Assembly (NCBI GenBank): GCA_965243135.1
Contig: OZ251539.1
Span: 3,456,001-3,520,000, forward strand
Source of the DNA: Alphaproteobacteria bacterium
GTDB taxonomy: Bacteria; Pseudomonadota; Alphaproteobacteria; MPNO01; UBA830
DNA length: 64,000 bases
Direction: 5' to 3'
Both the position numbers and the translations under genes were made by a program. This document shows, piece by piece, positions 29,490 through 39,944 of the stretch; the stretch's first letter is position 1; each line of letters begins with the position of its first letter. The notes beneath the pieces are model-generated. The model was given only the letters and a program-made list of their open reading frames with translations, did no database searches and was not told where the DNA came from.

Positions 29490-30827
29490 TCAACGCGGAA
29501 CGCCCGCCTCCTTCAACGCGGACGCCTGCCGGTCCCGCAGAGCCTCCACGGAGAATCCGCCGATCAGATCGTGGAACAGCTCGTGCCAGTTGATCTCTGC
29601 CCGCAGATGGAGAAACACCGATCCGAGACCGATGGCGGCGCGATCCATCAGCACGAATTCCCGCGGCGGAGTCACGCCGCCCAGCCGCCGCAGTTCCTTG
29701 TGCACCTTTTCCGCGACGCTGGCGCCGTACATCGTGCCGTCGCTGTCCTGGATGCGGCGTTCCCGATCCTCGAGCAGCGGCCCGTACAGGAATTTCGCCC
29801 ACATGTTGAGAACGTCGATCGTCTCGTTCGCGAGGCCGTCGAACCCCCAGGTCTCGTACGCGTGCACCGCAAGGGCGCGGTCGTCCCTGTCCAGCGCGTC
29901 GTACAGATCGATGACGCCGCGGACGAACTCGGGGCGGAAGACCCGGATGCAGCCGAAATCGAGCAGGTTGACCGACGAGTCCTCGCGCACCGAATAGTTT
30001 CCGAGATGCGGGTCGCCGTGGATGATCCCGTAATAATAGAAGGGCACGTACCACGCGCGAAACATGTTCCGCGCAATCCCGTTGCGGGTCTCCCGGTCGT
30101 CCTCCGTCCGATCCAGCAACCGCGCTCCCTCCAGCCACGTCATGGTCAGAAGGCGGTTCGTCGAAAGCTCCGGCACGGGCTCGGGCACGCGAACGCCCTT
30201 CTCGCCGCGCAGCATGCGCCCGTAAAGGTCCATGTGCCGCCGCTCGCGCTCGTAATCGAGTTCTTCGCGCAGCCGGTCGGCGATCTCGCCGTGAATGTCG
30301 GTAGGATCGACCGCCCGGTCGTAGCGGTGATAGAGCGAAAAAACGACGCGGAGCTGCTTGAGATCCGCCTCCACCGCGGAGCGCATGTCGGGATATTGCA
30401 GCTTGCAGGCGAGCGCCCTTCCGTCGGGATGGACGGCCCGGTGCACCTGGCCGAGCGAGGCGGCCGCGGCGGCCTCGCGCTCGAAGCTTCGGAATTTGCC
30501 GCTCCAGTCCGCGCCGAGCTCGTTCGCCATCCGGCGGCGGACGAACAGCCACCCCATGGACGGCGCGTTCGACTGGAGCCCCGCGAGTTCCCGCGCGTAT
30601 TCCTCGGGCAGCATGTCGGGCACCGTCGACATGATCTGCGCGACCTTCATCAGCGGTCCCTTGAGCCCGCCGAGCGCCTCCCTCAACTCCGTCGCGTGAC
30701 GATCCCTGTCGAGATCGATTCCGAGATATCGCTGGCCCGCCACGCGCGCCGCCAGGCCGCCGACGGCGCGGCCCACCCGGACGTAGCGGCGGGCGCGCCG
30801 TCCCAGGGTATCGGTCTCGTCCGTCAT
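29490..30827 (-). CDS. ABC1/UbiB family kinase
   Basis: AAASLGQVH, KLQYP, EELDY, HGDPHLGN, LLDFG. Confidence 0.92.
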   Translation of the reverse strand: MTDETDTLGRRARRYVRVGRAVGGLAARVAGQRYLGIDLDRDRHATELREALGGLKGPLMKVAQIMSTVPDMLPEEYARELAGLQSNAPSMGWLFVRRRMANELGADWSGKFRSFEREAAAAASLGQVHRAVHPDGRALACKLQYPDMRSAVEADLKQLRVVFSLYHRYDRAVDPTDIHGEIADRLREELDYERERRHMDLYGRMLRGEKGVRVPEPVPELSTNRLLTMTWLEGARLLDRTEDDRETRNGIARNMFRAWYVPFYYYGIIHGDPHLGNYSVREDSSVNLLDFGCIRVFRPEFVRGVIDLYDALDRDDRALAVHAYETWGFDGLANETIDVLNMWAKFLYGPLLEDRERRIQDSDGTMYGASVAEKVHKELRRLGGVTPPREFVLMDRAAIGLGSVFLHLRAEINWHELFHDLIGGFSVEALRDRQASALKEAGVPR

Positions 30828-30840
30828 GCGCTTTCGGCGA

Positions 30841-32601
30841 TCACCCGCCCGCTTCCTCGAGCTCGTCGATCAGGGCGCCGAGCGCGCCGAGCCCCTGCCG
30901 CCAGAAACCGGGGTCGGAGGCGTCGAGGCCGAAAGGCGCGAGCAGTTCCCGATGCCGCAAGGTCCCGCCCGCCCGCAGCATGTCCAGATACCGGTCCGCG
31001 AACCCGTCCGGCGCGCGCTCGTAGGCGGCGTAAAGCGAGTTCGCCAGGCAGTCGCCGAACGCATAGGCGTAGACGTAGAAGGGCGAATGAACGAAATGGG
31101 AAACGTACGCCCAGAACCAGCGATATCCCTCGCCGAGCCGGACGGCGGGCCCGAGGCTTTCCGACTGAACCTCCATCCACGCATCGCAGATTTCCTCGGC
31201 CGCGAGCTCTCCCTCGCGGCGCCGGGAGTGGATCAGGAGCTCGAATCGATGGAAGGCGATCTGGCGCATCACCGTGTTGATCCTGTCCTCGATCCTGGAC
31301 GCGAGCATGATCCGGCGGCGCGCCGGATCCTCCTCCGCGCGGAGCATCCTGCGGAAGGTCAGCGTCTCGCCGAACACGGAGGCCGTCTCGGCCAGCGTCA
31401 GCGGCGTATCCGCCATCAGGGCGCCCTGCGGGGCGGCCAGCAGCTGGTGAACGCCGTGTCCCAGCTCGTGGGCGAGAATCGTCACGTCGCGAGTCCGCCC
31501 CTGGTAGTTCAGCAGCAGGTAGGGATGCGCGGAGGTCGCCGCGGGATGGGAAAACGCGCCCGGGCTCTTGCCCGGACGGGGCGCCGCGTCGATCCACGGA
31601 TTGTCGAAGAAACGCCGGCCGAGTTCGGCGAGTTCGTTCGAGAAGTCGCCGTACGCGGCGAGAACCGTATCCCTCGCCTCCTCCCACGGCACCCGGCGGT
31701 CGTCGGCCTCCGGCAGCGGCGCGTTGCGATCCCAGTGGTCCAGAACGTCCTTTCCGAGCCAGCCCGCCTTCATCCGGTAGTAGCGATGCGAGATATCGGG
31801 AAACGCCTCCCGAACGGCCTCGGCGAGCGCGTCGACCACCTCGTCCTCCACCTGGTTCGAGAGATTGCGCGCCGATTGCGGCCGCTCGTAACGCCGCCGC
31901 CTGTCCTCTATCTCCTTGTCCTTGGCGATGGTGTTCACGATCAGGGAAAACACGCGCCCTTGCCGCGCAAGACCGTCGCCGAGCGCGTCCGCCGCCGCGC
32001 GGCGGACGCCTTCCTCCGGGTCCGACAGCAAGTCGAGCGTTTCCTCGAGGGCGAGATCGCGGTCGGCCGGCCTGAAGCGCATGTCGGCAATGGTCTCGTC
32101 GAAGAGGCGCGACCAGGCGGCACGGCCGGAAACCCGCTTTTCGTGAAGGAGGGTCTCGACGGGCTCGTCGAGCTCGTGGGGACGCAGCGTTCGGACGTTC
32201 GCGATCCACGACCGGCGCCTGCTGGCGGCGCCCTCCAGCATCCCGGCGAGAACCTCGTCGCCGACGCGGTTGATCTCGAGCGCGAAGAACAGGATGCGGG
32301 AAGAAATGTCGCTGACGCGCTCCTGCACGTTCTGGCGAAAGCGCCCGATGCCGGGGTCCGAAAGATCGGCGGCGCCGAGAAGCTGGGCGTAGCTCGCGAT
32401 TCGGTCCAGCGTTTCGTTGACCGCCTCGTAGGCCGCAATGGCGACGCCGAAGCGGTCGCCGTCGAGTCCGGCGAGATTCCCCTTGTACGTCGCGGCGAAA
32501 CTCTCCGCCTCGCGGGCGGCCCGATCGAGATCCGCGGCCAGTTCCGGGCAGTTGGCGCCGGAATAAAGGTCGCCGAGATCCCACTCGGGGAGACTGTCCA
32601 T
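30841..32601 (-). CDS. M3 family oligoendopeptidase (PepF-like)
   Basis: LAHELGHGVH, AETASVFGE, PFYVYAYAFG. Confidence 0.93.
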   Translation of the reverse strand: MDSLPEWDLGDLYSGANCPELAADLDRAAREAESFAATYKGNLAGLDGDRFGVAIAAYEAVNETLDRIASYAQLLGAADLSDPGIGRFRQNVQERVSDISSRILFFALEINRVGDEVLAGMLEGAASRRRSWIANVRTLRPHELDEPVETLLHEKRVSGRAAWSRLFDETIADMRFRPADRDLALEETLDLLSDPEEGVRRAAADALGDGLARQGRVFSLIVNTIAKDKEIEDRRRRYERPQSARNLSNQVEDEVVDALAEAVREAFPDISHRYYRMKAGWLGKDVLDHWDRNAPLPEADDRRVPWEEARDTVLAAYGDFSNELAELGRRFFDNPWIDAAPRPGKSPGAFSHPAATSAHPYLLLNYQGRTRDVTILAHELGHGVHQLLAAPQGALMADTPLTLAETASVFGETLTFRRMLRAEEDPARRRIMLASRIEDRINTVMRQIAFHRFELLIHSRRREGELAAEEICDAWMEVQSESLGPAVRLGEGYRWFWAYVSHFVHSPFYVYAYAFGDCLANSLYAAYERAPDGFADRYLDMLRAGGTLRHRELLAPFGLDASDPGFWRQGLGALGALIDELEEAGG

Positions 32602-32747
32602 CGCGCTCTCCCGCCGGTTCTTTTTTTTCGCGCAGCGGGACGAGCATACCCGCAACGGGATTCTCGCTATATAATGCGGACAAGCTCCGCAACCAACCGG
32701 GCGGGCGGCGTCGCCTTCCCATGAGTTCCGCACGAGGGAAGCCGCGC

Positions 32748-34508
32748 ATGATGGATTACGACTCCTGCACCAACCTTCCGGCGATGTTCTTCGCCAACAC
32801 GGCCGAGATCGGAGACCGACCCTTTCTCTGGCGAAAGGCCGGCGGAGAATGGCGGCCGACGACGGGCAACGCCGCGCGCGAAACGGCCGCCGCGCTCGCG
32901 GCCGGATTGGCTTCGCTCGGCGTCGCGCCGGGCGACCGGGTCGCTCTGGTTTCCGAAAGCAGGCCGGAATGGATGATCGCCGATCTCGGCATCATGGCCG
33001 CCGGGGGGATTTCGGTTCCGGCCTACGTGACCAACCGGGTTCCCGATCATCTGCACATTCTCGCGGACAGCGGCGCGAAGGGCGCCATCGTGTCGGGGCC
33101 GGACCTCGCGCGGAACCTCATGCCGGCCGCTTCGGAGGCCGGGCTCGAATTCGTGATCTTCATGGATCCGCCGAAAAGCGACGCCGGGGGAGCCGTCCTG
33201 TGGAGCGACCTGATCGAGCGCCATGCGGGACCGCCGCCCGACGTTTCCGGCATCGCCCGCGGGGACACCGCCTGCCTCATCTACACGTCGGGAACCGGGG
33301 GCGCGCCGAAGGGCGTCATGCTGAGCCACGGCGCGATCATCGCGAACTGCAAGGGCGCCTACCACGTCGTGGAGGAACTCCTGGGGCCGGGATCCGAGCG
33401 TTTCCTGTCGTTCCTGCCGCTCTCGCATTCCTACGAACACACCGCGGGGCTGATATTCCCGCTGTCGATCAAGGCGGAAGTGTATTACGCCGAATCGCTG
33501 GACCGCCTGGCGGCGAACATGGAGGAAGTCCGGCCGACCGTCATGACCGCCGTCCCCCGGCTCTACGAGACGATGTACGGACGAATCAGGCGCGGAATCG
33601 CCCAGAAGGGAGGGCTTTCCGAAAAGCTGTTCATGAAGGCGGCCGACATCGGGCGGCGGCGCTACGAATCCGCGCCGCTCGCCCTGTCCGACCGCATGCT
33701 GGACCCGCTGCTCGACCGGCTGGTGCGCGCCAAGGTGGCGCAGCGCTTCGGGGGGACGCTGAAGGCGATGGTGTCGGGCGGCGCGCCCCTGAACTACGAC
33801 ATAGGCGCGTTCTTCAAGGCGCTCGGCATCGAGCTGCTGCAGGGATACGGACTGACCGAAACCGCGCCCGTGGTCAGCTGCAATCCGCCGTCCCGCAACA
33901 AGATCACGACGGTGGGACCGCCGGTCGTCGACGTCGAAGTCAAAATCGCCGACGACGGCGAGATCCTCGTGCGGGGAGAACTGCTCATGAACGGGTACTG
34001 GAACCGGCCGGACGACACGGCGGCGACGATCCGGGACGGCTGGCTGCACACAGGCGACATCGGCGAGCTCGACGAGGACGGCCATCTGGTCATCACCGAC
34101 CGCAAAAAAGACATCATCGTGAACTCGGGCGGCGACAACATTTCGCCGCAGCGGATCGAGGGGTTGCTGGCGCTGCAGCCCGAGGTCGCGCAGGCGATGG
34201 TCTACGGCGACGGCAAGCCGCATCTCGTCGCGCTGATCGTTCCCGACCCGGAATTCGCGGACGAATGGTCCGGCGGCGCGAAGTCCGATCTCGCGGCCCT
34301 GGCCAGCGACGAAGCGTTCCGCAAGGCCATCGGCGACGCGGTCGACCGCATGAACGCCGATCTGTCCGTGATCGAACGCATCCGGCGGTTCGCCGTGAGC
34401 GGCGAGGCGTTCACCATCGAAAACGAGATGATGACCCCGTCGATGAAAATCCGCCGGCACGTCATTCGGGAAAGATACGGCGAAACTCTGGAAGCGCTTT
34501 ACGGCTGA
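32748..34508 (+). CDS. Long-chain fatty acid-CoA ligase
   Basis: IYTSGTGGAPKG, QGYGLTET, GWLHTGDIG, DRKKD. Confidence 0.92.
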   Translation: MMDYDSCTNLPAMFFANTAEIGDRPFLWRKAGGEWRPTTGNAARETAAALAAGLASLGVAPGDRVALVSESRPEWMIADLGIMAAGGISVPAYVTNRVPDHLHILADSGAKGAIVSGPDLARNLMPAASEAGLEFVIFMDPPKSDAGGAVLWSDLIERHAGPPPDVSGIARGDTACLIYTSGTGGAPKGVMLSHGAIIANCKGAYHVVEELLGPGSERFLSFLPLSHSYEHTAGLIFPLSIKAEVYYAESLDRLAANMEEVRPTVMTAVPRLYETMYGRIRRGIAQKGGLSEKLFMKAADIGRRRYESAPLALSDRMLDPLLDRLVRAKVAQRFGGTLKAMVSGGAPLNYDIGAFFKALGIELLQGYGLTETAPVVSCNPPSRNKITTVGPPVVDVEVKIADDGEILVRGELLMNGYWNRPDDTAATIRDGWLHTGDIGELDEDGHLVITDRKKDIIVNSGGDNISPQRIEGLLALQPEVAQAMVYGDGKPHLVALIVPDPEFADEWSGGAKSDLAALASDEAFRKAIGDAVDRMNADLSVIERIRRFAVSGEAFTIENEMMTPSMKIRRHVIRERYGETLEALYG

Positions 34509-34552
34509 GACGGGGACGAAGCGCGCACCCGCAACTTGAAAGGAACGCCGAC

Positions 34553-35248
34553 ATGGGAGAGAAGGCGCTTATCGTAGGCGCCGGCCGAGGCCTCAGCGCC
34601 TCGCTGACGCGGCTGTTCGCCAGCGAAGGAATGAAAGTGGCGATCGCCGCCCGCAGAACGGTGAGGCTCATGGGGCTATGCCGGGAGACGGGCGCGCTCG
34701 CCTACGCCTGCGACGCCGCGAAGCCAGCGCAGGTCCACGCCCTGTTCGCCGCCGTCTCGGCGGACATCGGCGAACCGGACCTGGTGGTCTACAACGCGTC
34801 GAACCGCGCCCGCGGTCCGGTGCAGGACCTCGATCCGAAGGCCGTGCGGGAGGCCATCGAAATCTCCTGCTTCGGAGGCTTTCTGGTGGCGCAGGCCGCG
34901 GCGAAACGCATGCTCGCTCGAGGATCCGGAACGATCCTGTTGACCGGGGCTTCGGCCAGCGTCAAGGGCTATCCGAACTCGTCGGCCTTCGCCATGGGCA
35001 AGTTCGGCCTTCGCGGGCTGGCGCAATCGCTGGCGCGCGAATTGCAGCCGCAAAACGTTCACGTCGCCCATTTCGTGATCGACGGCGGCATCCTGCAGGG
35101 AGAGGACGACGCGCGCGCGGCGCAGCGCGGCGAGGACGCGATGCTTCTGCCCGACGAGATCGCGAAAACCTACCTCCACGTCCACCGCCAGCACCGGACC
35201 GCGTGGACCTGGGAGGTCGAACTGCGTCCATGGACGGAGAAATTCTGA
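34553..35248 (+). CDS. Short-chain dehydrogenase/reductase
   Basis: IVGAGRGLS, TGASAS, FAMGKF.LRGLAQS.AREL, ELRPW. Confidence 0.9.
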   Translation: MGEKALIVGAGRGLSASLTRLFASEGMKVAIAARRTVRLMGLCRETGALAYACDAAKPAQVHALFAAVSADIGEPDLVVYNASNRARGPVQDLDPKAVREAIEISCFGGFLVAQAAAKRMLARGSGTILLTGASASVKGYPNSSAFAMGKFGLRGLAQSLARELQPQNVHVAHFVIDGGILQGEDDARAAQRGEDAMLLPDEIAKTYLHVHRQHRTAWTWEVELRPWTEKF

Positions 35249-35291
35249 AGCCCTGAAGAGCCGTCACCGAGGCGAACCCGGCCGGCCGCGC

Positions 35292-35549
35292 TCATTCGGG
35301 AGGCGCGTCCAGCATCCCGAGGGCGGCGAGGTACGCGTCGAGGAGATACCCCTCCTCCTGGCGGTCGTTGTCGTCCATTTTGCGCAGGCTGACGACCCTT
35401 CGCATGATCTTCGGATCGAATCCGGCGCTCTTGGCTTCCGCGTAGACCTCGCGGATGTCCGCCATCAGCGCCGCCTTTTCCTCTTCGAGCCGTTCGATTC
35501 TCTCGATGAAGGACCGCAAGCGATCCTGCGCAACCGCGCCGTCGGCCAT
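35292..35549 (-). CDS. gapR: DUF2312 / GapR nucleoid-associated protein
   Basis: [15 protein letters not shown]....[13 protein letters not shown]. Confidence 0.9.
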   Translation of the reverse strand: MADGAVAQDRLRSFIERIERLEEEKAALMADIREVYAEAKSAGFDPKIMRRVVSLRKMDDNDRQEEGYLLDAYLAALGMLDAPPE

Positions 35550-35935
35550 ATTCGCCTCTCCCGTTATGCCCGCCCTCGAAGGGCGTCAAGAGCGAGCGAA
35601 CATAGATAGTCGGCGCCGAATCGAAAAACGCTCGCCGCGGCCCGGGTGGACGAAGCGCCGGAACCGGAACGACGCCGCGGCGGCACAGCGCGCGGAAGGA
35701 TCCCGCTCCGCCGTCACGGCGTCGCGCGGAGCGTCTCCGGCCATGGGCGCCGCACCAACGCAACCGGCACGCCCCTTCGCGAAGCGCCGGCAAAGCGCGG
35801 TCCACGATTGAACACCTGCCTCAGATTAGGGTTTTCTCTCCTGCTTCTCGCCGCTAAGTTTCGAATCAGCTTCAGACGCGCGCCGAAACGTCTTCGGGCC
35901 GCGCGGGGAGAGCAGAAGGAACCGGGAGACGAAAG

Positions 35936-36277
35936 ATGGACAAGGAGCATGGCCAACGCTGGGCAGCGATGGTGGCGGACTGGCAGGGGAACCCCGAGTT
36001 CCGCTCGCGGATGGAGGAAGATCCCAAGGCGGCGCTGGCCGAGAACGGAATCGAACTCCCAGGCAGAGTCGAGGACGTGCGCCTCGCGGTGGACAGCGAG
36101 GAAACCGTTCACATGGTTTTCCCGCCCGATCCGAACAGGGCGATATCCGACGCCTCGCTCCAGGACGTCGTTGGCGGCACTGATTGGATGGTCGTGGGCG
36201 ATGGTTGGATGATAGGAACTTATGTTCCTCAAAATTTAGCTGCTTTCGCATTTTCCGGCGGACTGACAGCGGGATAG
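35936..36277 (+). CDS. NHLP-leader RiPP precursor (proteusin-like)
   Basis: W..NPEFRSRMEEDPKAAL, VHMVFPP, ISDASLQDVVGG double-glycine, then a 32-aa core; RBS GGAG upstream. Confidence 0.8.
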   Translation: MDKEHGQRWAAMVADWQGNPEFRSRMEEDPKAALAENGIELPGRVEDVRLAVDSEETVHMVFPPDPNRAISDASLQDVVGGTDWMVVGDGWMIGTYVPQNLAAFAFSGGLTAG

Positions 36278-36867
36278 GGCGGCAGCCGGCGTCTCTAACC
36301 CTGTCGGTCGACGGTTCTCCGCGGAGGCGGTTCAGAAAATCCGCGAAATCCGACGTTCTCCCCGGCCAGTATCCGGGTATCGAGCGTAAGCGGATGTTCA
36401 TGGCGCCGCGCCCTGTCCGGATCGAGAGCCGACTTGCGGGTTGGAACGGCCTGCTGCCGGAAGGCCGATAGCTCCACCGGCAGGCATGTTGTCGTAACGG
36501 CGGCGTGCGCAGCGTCGATCATCCGCTCGAATACGGGCTCCGCCGAAATGGTGCCGGGATCTTCGCTGTTTTCGGAGGTCGCAATCGCGACGGCATCCTG
36601 TCGGCGACCGGGTAGCCGGTCCGCCCCTCCCGGCATGCCGATGGCGCTGATCGACCCGCCGTCGACAACGCCGCCTGCCAGAGGTTACCGGTCCGCCGGC
36701 CGTTCAGCAGCCAAGTCCGGCAGACTTCCTCCGCCCGCGCCGCCGACAGTGCCGAGGGAAATTCCCGCGCGGCTTCGCCGTCCCGCCCGGGCGCGTCGGC
36801 CTTCCGTCCGCCCGAAGGCACTGCGCCTCGTCAAGATCGTTCTCGCCAATCCCGGCGACGCGGTCCA

Positions 36868-37453
36868 GCGGCGCGGACAAGATTTACAACCCGTTCGACA
36901 TCCTGCTTCTCTTCGAAACGCGCGAGTTCGAGGCGCAATGGTTCCGGACCGGCTACCTGACCATCGTCGCCGAGGAGCGGGACGAGGGCGTTCGCCTCTA
37001 CCGGCTACCCGAACCAGGAGGTGAAGCGCAGCCTGAACGCGCTCCTGCTGAAGGCGATGGCGCCGGACCTCGCGGTCATCTGCGCCGCCTGATGCGCGCG
37101 AACGACTTCGCGGCCTCGAGCGGCGGTTTCGGGCGTTGCTGAGCACCCCGAACGAGTGGCACGCGAACACGGGCATGGCGGGCTACGAAGCGCACAACGC
37201 CGGCGTGTTCTACTCGCACTTCGTGGCGGCGGGGATGGACGTCCGCACGGAGGAGAGCACGGCGCGCTGCCGCCTGACGGTCCTGTACGGCGGCAGCGTC
37301 TACCTGTTCGAGTTCAAGGTCGCGGACGGGAAGGGGCGTGCGCTGGGTCGGGAGCGCGGCTATGCGGACAAGCACCGGCGTCCGGGCGTACCGGTCCACC
37401 TGATCGGCCGGGAGGAGCGCAACATCGTCGGGTTCGAGTTCGAGACCGTCTGA
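36868..37453 (+). pseudogene. Decayed 3' copy of the adjacent AAA-ATPase/PD-(D/E)xK gene
   Basis: Aligns by eye to 38508-39284 with multiple deletions; identical C-terminus RNIVGFEFETV*. Confidence 0.92.
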
Positions 37454-37742
37454 AGCCGGGCGCCAGACCGGTTGGACGTCCCGTCCGGACATTTCGGCAA
37501 GTGAGGCCGCTTCGACGAAAGGCCGCCGCCCTCCGCCGCCTCGCCTTGGCTCAGCATCCCCTGATCGGTGCGACCGTATACCTCTTCGAACTTCCTCAGT
37601 CCTTGTCGCTGTTCCGTCCGCCGCCACCTCCTTGGTCCGGAAGCCTTCTAAATCCAGACAGGGGATCGGACATATCGTCTGTTACTAATACGGACTCCGC
37701 CTCCTCCTTGACGGCTCCGGCATGGCCGCCTACCCTTTTCGG

Positions 37743-39284
37743 ATGACGAGACGCATGCTTCCGACCGGCATGACCTCCCTCCGGGAGATCCGGGAGATGG
37801 ATTGCTACTACGTCGACAAGACGGATCATGTGCGCCGCCTCGTCGAGAGGGGCAAATACTATTTCCTGTCGCGTCCGCGCCGGTTCGGCAAAAGCCTCCT
37901 GGTGGACACGTTCCAGAAGCTGTTCGAGGGAAGCGAGGAACTGTTCCGGAACCTCGCCATACACGGCGGGTGGGACTGGTCGGTGCGCCATCCGGTCGTG
38001 CGGCTGGATTTCAGCGGCGTGGGCCGTTTCGACACCCCGGACGGGGTTCGGGGAACGGTGGAAAGGCAGCTGGCGGCGGCGGAGAGGCGCGCCGGCCTCG
38101 AACCGGGCCCCGCCGGGGCAGCGGTCCGTTTCCACGAGTTGATCGAGGCCCTGCACGAGCGTACCGGGCGGCGGGCGGTGGTTCTGGTGGACGAATACGA
38201 CAAGCCGATTCTGGACGCGCTCGGCGACCGGGAACTGGCGCTGGCCAACCGCGACTTCCTGCGCAGCCTGTACGGGGTGATCAAGGCCTGCGACGAGCAG
38301 CTCCGTTTCGTTTTCCTGACGGGGGTGAGCAAGTTCTCGCAGGCAGGCCTGTTCTCGGGCCTGAACAACCTGCGCGACATCACGCTGGCGCCGGAGTTCT
38401 CGGACATTTGCGGCTACACGGACGCGGAGTTGGACGCGATTTTCGCCCCGGAACTCGGGGGCCTGGACCGGAAGGAAGTCCAGCTCTGGTACAACGGCTA
38501 CAACTGGCGCGGCGCAAACAAGGTCTACAACCCGTTCGACATCCTTCTTCTCTTCGAAACGCGCGAGTTCGAAGCGCACTGGTTCCGGACCGGCACGCCG
38601 ACCTTCCTCGCCGACCTTCTGTCGCGACGCCGTGTCGCGACGCCGGCCCTGGAGGGCATGTTCGCGGATGACGATCTGCTGTCGGCCATCGACGTCGACC
38701 GCATTCCCGTCGAGACGCTCTTGTTCCAGACCGGCTACCTGACCATCGTCGCCGAGGAACGGGACGAGGGCGTTCGCCTCTACCAGCTGGACTACCCGAA
38801 CCAGGAGGTGAAGCGCAGCCTGAACGCGCTTCTGCTGAAGACGATGGCACCGGACGTCACGGTCGCGGCGGAGAGCCGGGAGTTGCGCCGCCTGATGCGC
38901 GCGAACGACTTCGCGGGCCTCGAGAATCTGTTCCGGACATTCCTGGCGAGCATTCCGAACGAGTGGTACGCGAACACAGGCATGGCGGGCTACGAAGCCC
39001 ACTATGCGAGCGTGTTCTACTCTCACTTCGTGGCGGCGGGGATGGACGTCCGCGCGGAGGAGAGCACCGCGCGCGGCCGCTCGGACCTGACGGTCCTGTA
39101 CGACGGCAACGTCTACCTGTTCGAATTCAAGATCGCGGACGGGAAGGGGCGGGCGCTGGCGCAGATACGGGAGCGCGGCTACGCGGACAAGCACCGGCGT
39201 CCGGGCGTGCCGGTCCACCTGATCGGGGTGGAGTTCGGCCGGGAGGAGCGCAACATCGTCGGGTTCGAGTTCGAGACCGTCTGA
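37743..39284 (+). CDS. AAA-ATPase-like protein with C-terminal PD-(D/E)xK (PDDEXK_9) domain
   Basis: YYVDKT, SRPRRFGKS, LVDEYDKP, FLTGVSKF, WYNGY, GRSDL...FEFK. Confidence 0.92.
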   Translation: MTRRMLPTGMTSLREIREMDCYYVDKTDHVRRLVERGKYYFLSRPRRFGKSLLVDTFQKLFEGSEELFRNLAIHGGWDWSVRHPVVRLDFSGVGRFDTPDGVRGTVERQLAAAERRAGLEPGPAGAAVRFHELIEALHERTGRRAVVLVDEYDKPILDALGDRELALANRDFLRSLYGVIKACDEQLRFVFLTGVSKFSQAGLFSGLNNLRDITLAPEFSDICGYTDAELDAIFAPELGGLDRKEVQLWYNGYNWRGANKVYNPFDILLLFETREFEAHWFRTGTPTFLADLLSRRRVATPALEGMFADDDLLSAIDVDRIPVETLLFQTGYLTIVAEERDEGVRLYQLDYPNQEVKRSLNALLLKTMAPDVTVAAESRELRRLMRANDFAGLENLFRTFLASIPNEWYANTGMAGYEAHYASVFYSHFVAAGMDVRAEESTARGRSDLTVLYDGNVYLFEFKIADGKGRALAQIRERGYADKHRRPGVPVHLIGVEFGREERNIVGFEFETV

Positions 39285-39536
39285 AGCCGGGCGCGGACGG
39301 GTTGGACGCCCGTCCGGACATTTCAGCAAGTGAGGCCGCTTCGACGACAGGCCGGCGCCCCGCTGGCCGGCACACTCCGATAATGCCCTCGCGCTGCCGA
39401 CAGCCTGTGTTGCGCTCGGGAGTCGATTAGGGAAACCAAATTCAACGTCTGGCGTCTGCCGAAAAGCGGCGTCTCCGGCGCATCCCCGTTCAGGCGACGG
39501 GCCGGAATTTCCCCCGACGGGAAGAGCCCCCTGAAA

Positions 39537-39833
39537 TCAATGCGCCTTCGCGGCTTCCTTGAGTTTGGCCTTCTGCTCCGGCGTCGCCGGGGTCTGATGC
39601 TTTTCGCGCCACTCGGAAAACGGCATGCCGTAAACGATTTCGCGCGCTTCGTCCTTGCCGACTTCGATCCCGCGGTCCCCGGCGGCCTCCTGGTACCAGC
39701 GGCTCAGGCAGTTGCGGCAGAAGCCCGCGAGATTCATCAGATCGATGTTCTGCACGTCGGTACGGTCGCGGAGATGGCCGACAAGGCTCCGAAACGCGGC
39801 GGCCTCGATCTCGGTACGGGTCCGGTCATCCAT
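39537..39833 (-). CDS. DUF1244 family protein
   Basis: EAAAFR.LV.HL..RTDVQNIDLMNLAGFCRNCL. Confidence 0.92.
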   Translation of the reverse strand: MDDRTRTEIEAAAFRSLVGHLRDRTDVQNIDLMNLAGFCRNCLSRWYQEAAGDRGIEVGKDEAREIVYGMPFSEWREKHQTPATPEQKAKLKEAAKAH

Positions 39834-39944
39834 GATCTTGTCTCCATTGTCGGAATCGCCCTGTCGATATAGGTCCAAACCGCGACGCCTGCAAACCCGT
39901 CCGGTCGCTCGCCCGCCGTTCGTCCGAACGATATAAGGCCGCTC

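Noticed and set aside
36280-36860. Possible RiPP maturase or other gene after the NHLP precursor
   Set aside because: Only short broken ORFs without recognisable motifs; may be a decayed gene but cannot be assigned.
36868-39360. Diversity-generating retroelement (TR/VR pair)
   Set aside because: Differences are not adenine-specific, many are deletions, and no reverse transcriptase is present.
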